Shown here piece by piece: positions 1-64,000 of a stretch of DNA of 64,000 nt. The first letter of the stretch is position 1. Each line of letters begins with the position of its first letter. The stretch is from positions 26,787,592 through 26,851,591 of the forward strand of contig JARFYF010000053.1 of the NCBI GenBank assembly GCA_030265395.1, in the 5' to 3' direction. Under the pieces are notes generated by a model. The model searched no databases and was not told the DNA's origin. It saw nothing but the letters and a program-made list of their open reading frames with translations. The translations under genes were made by a program, and so were the position numbers. The stretch comes from Rhina ancylostomus (lineage: Eukaryota).

Positions 1-529
1 CTGAAACTACTAATTGGACTCAGTTAGTATTTACATTTATTTAATCAGGTGTTCCAGAGGAATAGTTGGAGAAAAATAATTATCAAATACTTGGACAGAG
101 CGGCACTTAAAACATATTTGCAAGAAAACAAAATCACTATTTTCCCTTAATTTTTGTGGTCATCTCTTCAATTTAACTAAGCACAATCCAACAGACAAGT
201 AGGAAGTTCCACTTGTATGTGGTTGAAACAGAACTAGGATGATAACACAGATCAGACATACTCTCTCTGCCATTACTGACTTTATACTGGTTACAGGTTA
301 CTACAGTGTTACAATGGAAAACTGCAACACACTAAGTCGTGTGGGAAAGAAATATATTTGTCTTCAAGAAAATAGCATGCACATGGACATTCAAGTTTGA
401 AACAAAGTCAATACTCCCTTTTACCAGATTTTTTTGCCTTCCCACATTTAAACTTAGTTACTACAGACTGTCCAGGAGATAACTTAACTGGAAGGCTCCT
501 TTCAAGGGAGTACTGAAGAAAAAATGGAA

Positions 530-1180
530 ACTTGTCTAGAGGTCCAAAGATCCCTTAAGGTGACAACAAAGGTAGATAGGGTGGTGAAGAAGGTATATGG
601 GATGATTGACTTCATTACCCAGGGCATGGAATATAAGAGAAAGGAAGTCATGAAACAGCTTTGTATAACATTGGTTAGGACACAGCTGGAATATTGTATG
701 CAGTTCCGTTCACCACACTATAAAATGGGCATGATGGTGCTGGAGATTCACCAGGATGTTACCCAAGATGGAACATTTCAGTTATGAGGAGAGACTGAAT
801 AAGCTGGGTTTGTTTTCCTGGGAGCAGAAGCGGCTCAGGGATGACCTGATATAGAAATACAAAATTACAAGAGGCATAGATGGGAAGAAACTATGCCTCT
901 TCCCATGGCAAAATATCAAAAGCCAGAGAACGTAGCTTTAAGGTACAGAGTTGGAGGTTTAGAGAGGATCTGAGGGAGAGTACCTCCAGTCAGAGGATGG
1001 TTGAAGTCTGGATTGCACTACCTGAGAGGGGGGTGGTGGTAAAAAGTTACTCTCGCAACTTTTGGGAAGTACCTGGATGAACATTTGAATCACCTCGGAC
1101 CAAGTACTGTTAAATAGCATTACTATAGCTAGCATTAACATATTGAAGGGCCTATTTCTGTGCTCTTTGACTCTGTGACT
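530..1180 (+). mobile_element. CR1-type LINE 3' fragment (decayed RT C-terminus and 3' UTR)
   Basis: Translated motifs VDRVVKK.YG, LVR.QLEYC.QF.SP.Y, QR.VEVW.ALP; tail ctctttgactctgtgactatg. Confidence 0.85.
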
Positions 1181-1234
1181 ATGACCTCTTCCAATGAATA
1201 AGCTGGCAATTATAAGTAAAGCATAACAGTTTAC

Positions 1235-62275
<61,041 letters not shown>

Positions 62276-63099
62276 CTGTTAAAAATAAAATACAATGGCA
62301 GCCTTGCAACAAAAGACAATTAACAGTAAATGCACAATGCAAATCTCATATCGTATCTTTTCCAGGCACAAAACTATAATGCAAGAAACCATCAACTCAG
62401 ATTTGGTAAAAGGGCTATGGTACAATCAAATGTAACACAGAATCATCAGACCAGAATGATCTCCTGGGCAATGAGAATGTAAAGATACCAAGAGATGAAG
62501 TGTACTCATCTTTTAGTATCGTTGTTTGAAAGATTAGTCAAAAATGTGGAAAGTAGGTGTCAAGTTATCTGCCTGACCCAGGGAAAATAAAAGGAGTCCA
62601 GCAGTGGCTGTTGAAAGATCAAAATATTGCCTCATTCTGTCTTTCCTTTTGTGCTGCTTCCATCTCTAGAGATTGCAGCTCACATATCTCCTGATTACCA
62701 CTTCAAGTTACAAAGATAATACTGAGTTGAAGGAAAGGTAAGAAGAATGCAAAAGCGTTTGTCCTTTCCCATTCTGGTTATACAATTAATTAACATTTTT
62801 ATTGGCAAAAGCCAAGTACCCTTGCAGAGCTGCTACAATGGTCCCTGCAGGTATTGTTCTCAACAAATGTGCACCCAACACTATCCATTAAGTTGACGGA
62901 TGACATTTCAACCCACAGGCTAAGTTGTTCATATAAAATAAGAAAAAATAACGTTTTCTTACTCGAGATGAGAAAAGTTTGCACTTTTATGACCTCGGGT
63001 TGTCTCAAATCAGCCAATGAACCATTGTTTAAGTGTAAGCAGTGAAGTAATGTAAGAAAAATTATATTCACAGTAAGGATTCCACCGATATCAATGTGA

Positions 63100-63385
63100 T
63101 AATGACCAGATAATCTGGTTTTTGAAAAGCTTTGATTGAGGTATAAGTATTGCCGGGACACCAGAGGTAATTCCCAGCTCTTCTTCAAAATAGTGCTGTG
63201 AGATCTTCTTCAAAATAGTGCTCACGCCACCAAGAAGGCAAACTGGCCCTGGCTCAATTTTGCACCTGGTAGGTTAGGTACTGACAGTGCAGCATTGCCT
63301 CAGTACTGCACTTAAGTATCTCCTTAGGTTTTATGCTCAAGTCTCTGGAGTGAAGCTTGAGTCAACATCTGTGTGACAGAGCAAT
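63100..63385 (-). mobile_element. Deu-domain SINE (SacSINE/AmnSINE-like); more decayed copies at about 57000-57270 (-) and 52740-52890 (+)
   Basis: Minus strand gtgcagtactgaggcaatgctgcactgtca ... gcactattttgaagaagagctgggaattacctctggtgtccc. Confidence 0.7.
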
Positions 63386-63829
63386 GGCAGGATAAAAACT
63401 GATGTTTTATGGTATTTTTATGAGCTTCATTTGGAGAATAGTAAGTGGGCTAAATACAACAGAACAGAAAACAAAAGGTACCAAAGACAATAAAACAGAT
63501 GACTGCTTCTTCCCATGCAAAGTTTGAAAATGAAGATTGGCAGCCAACTCAACAGTGAATGCTGTTGCATCCAAGCCTAACCGTGGCATCCATGGACAAT
63601 GATTCAAGCACTCTTCCAAATGTTGCCAGAACTGAACACCATATGATCATTCCCACATAATCCAATGGTGCTGAGGCCTAGTTCAGTATCAACTCTCTGA
63701 TGAAATTACAATATTCAGAACAGATAATCTGACTACCAGCTTCCCTATATCCAAGCTTTACCAGTGTGCCATTGCTTGGTTTCCATGACTCTTGAAGTTA
63801 ATGCAGAATAAACACATGCTTAAGATATA

Positions 63830-63985
63830 TATTGTCCACATTTAGATTGAGGTATAGATTTGAACGGAGACAACTTCAGGGCTATGGGGAGAAAGAATGG
63901 GGTGGGACTAAATGGATTGCTCATACAGAGAGACAGCACAGATTTACTGAACCACGCACCTTCCTCCTTTCATGCCAAATGAATC
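63830..63985 (+). mobile_element. CR1 3' UTR fragment
   Basis: ttagattgaggtatagatttgaac...cagggctatggggagaaag...gtgggactaaatggattgctc. Confidence 0.55.
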
Positions 63986-64000
63986 TGAGATTCTATAATT

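Noticed and set aside
63179-63222. 19-bp tandem duplication tcttcttcaaaatagtgct
   Set aside because: Local duplication inside a decayed SINE; two copies only, not an array.

Overview
Vertebrate genomic DNA, AT-rich and repeat-dense. The repeat content (CR1/L2 LINE remnants, V-domain HE1-like SINEs, Deu-domain SINEs, palindromic Penelope-like elements) suggests a cartilaginous fish, probably a ray; this is inference. The whole window lies inside one minus-strand gene, a liprin-alpha most similar to PPFIA4. I mapped 20 GT-AG coding exons between 62275 and 1235 whose phases join into one open frame of 2588 nt, covering the coiled-coil region, the linker, SAM1, the VWV insertion and most of SAM2. 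The gene's start and end lie outside the window. Most ORF-track entries are non-coding noise, LINE fragments or antisense shadows of exons. Items worth following up: (1) a Penelope-like repeat family with minimal type I hammerhead ribozyme architecture, mostly decayed; (2) extra in-frame microexon candidates of 9, 15 and 24 nt, one linked by a 9-bp hairpin to a possibly mutually exclusive poison exon; (3) an intronic inverted repeat with A-C mismatches that hides strong 5' splice sites; (4) a CpG-rich solo LTR; (5) a branch point apparently donated by a CR1 fragment. Protein and repeat-family assignments come from recalled sequences, not database searches, and repeat boundaries are approximate.
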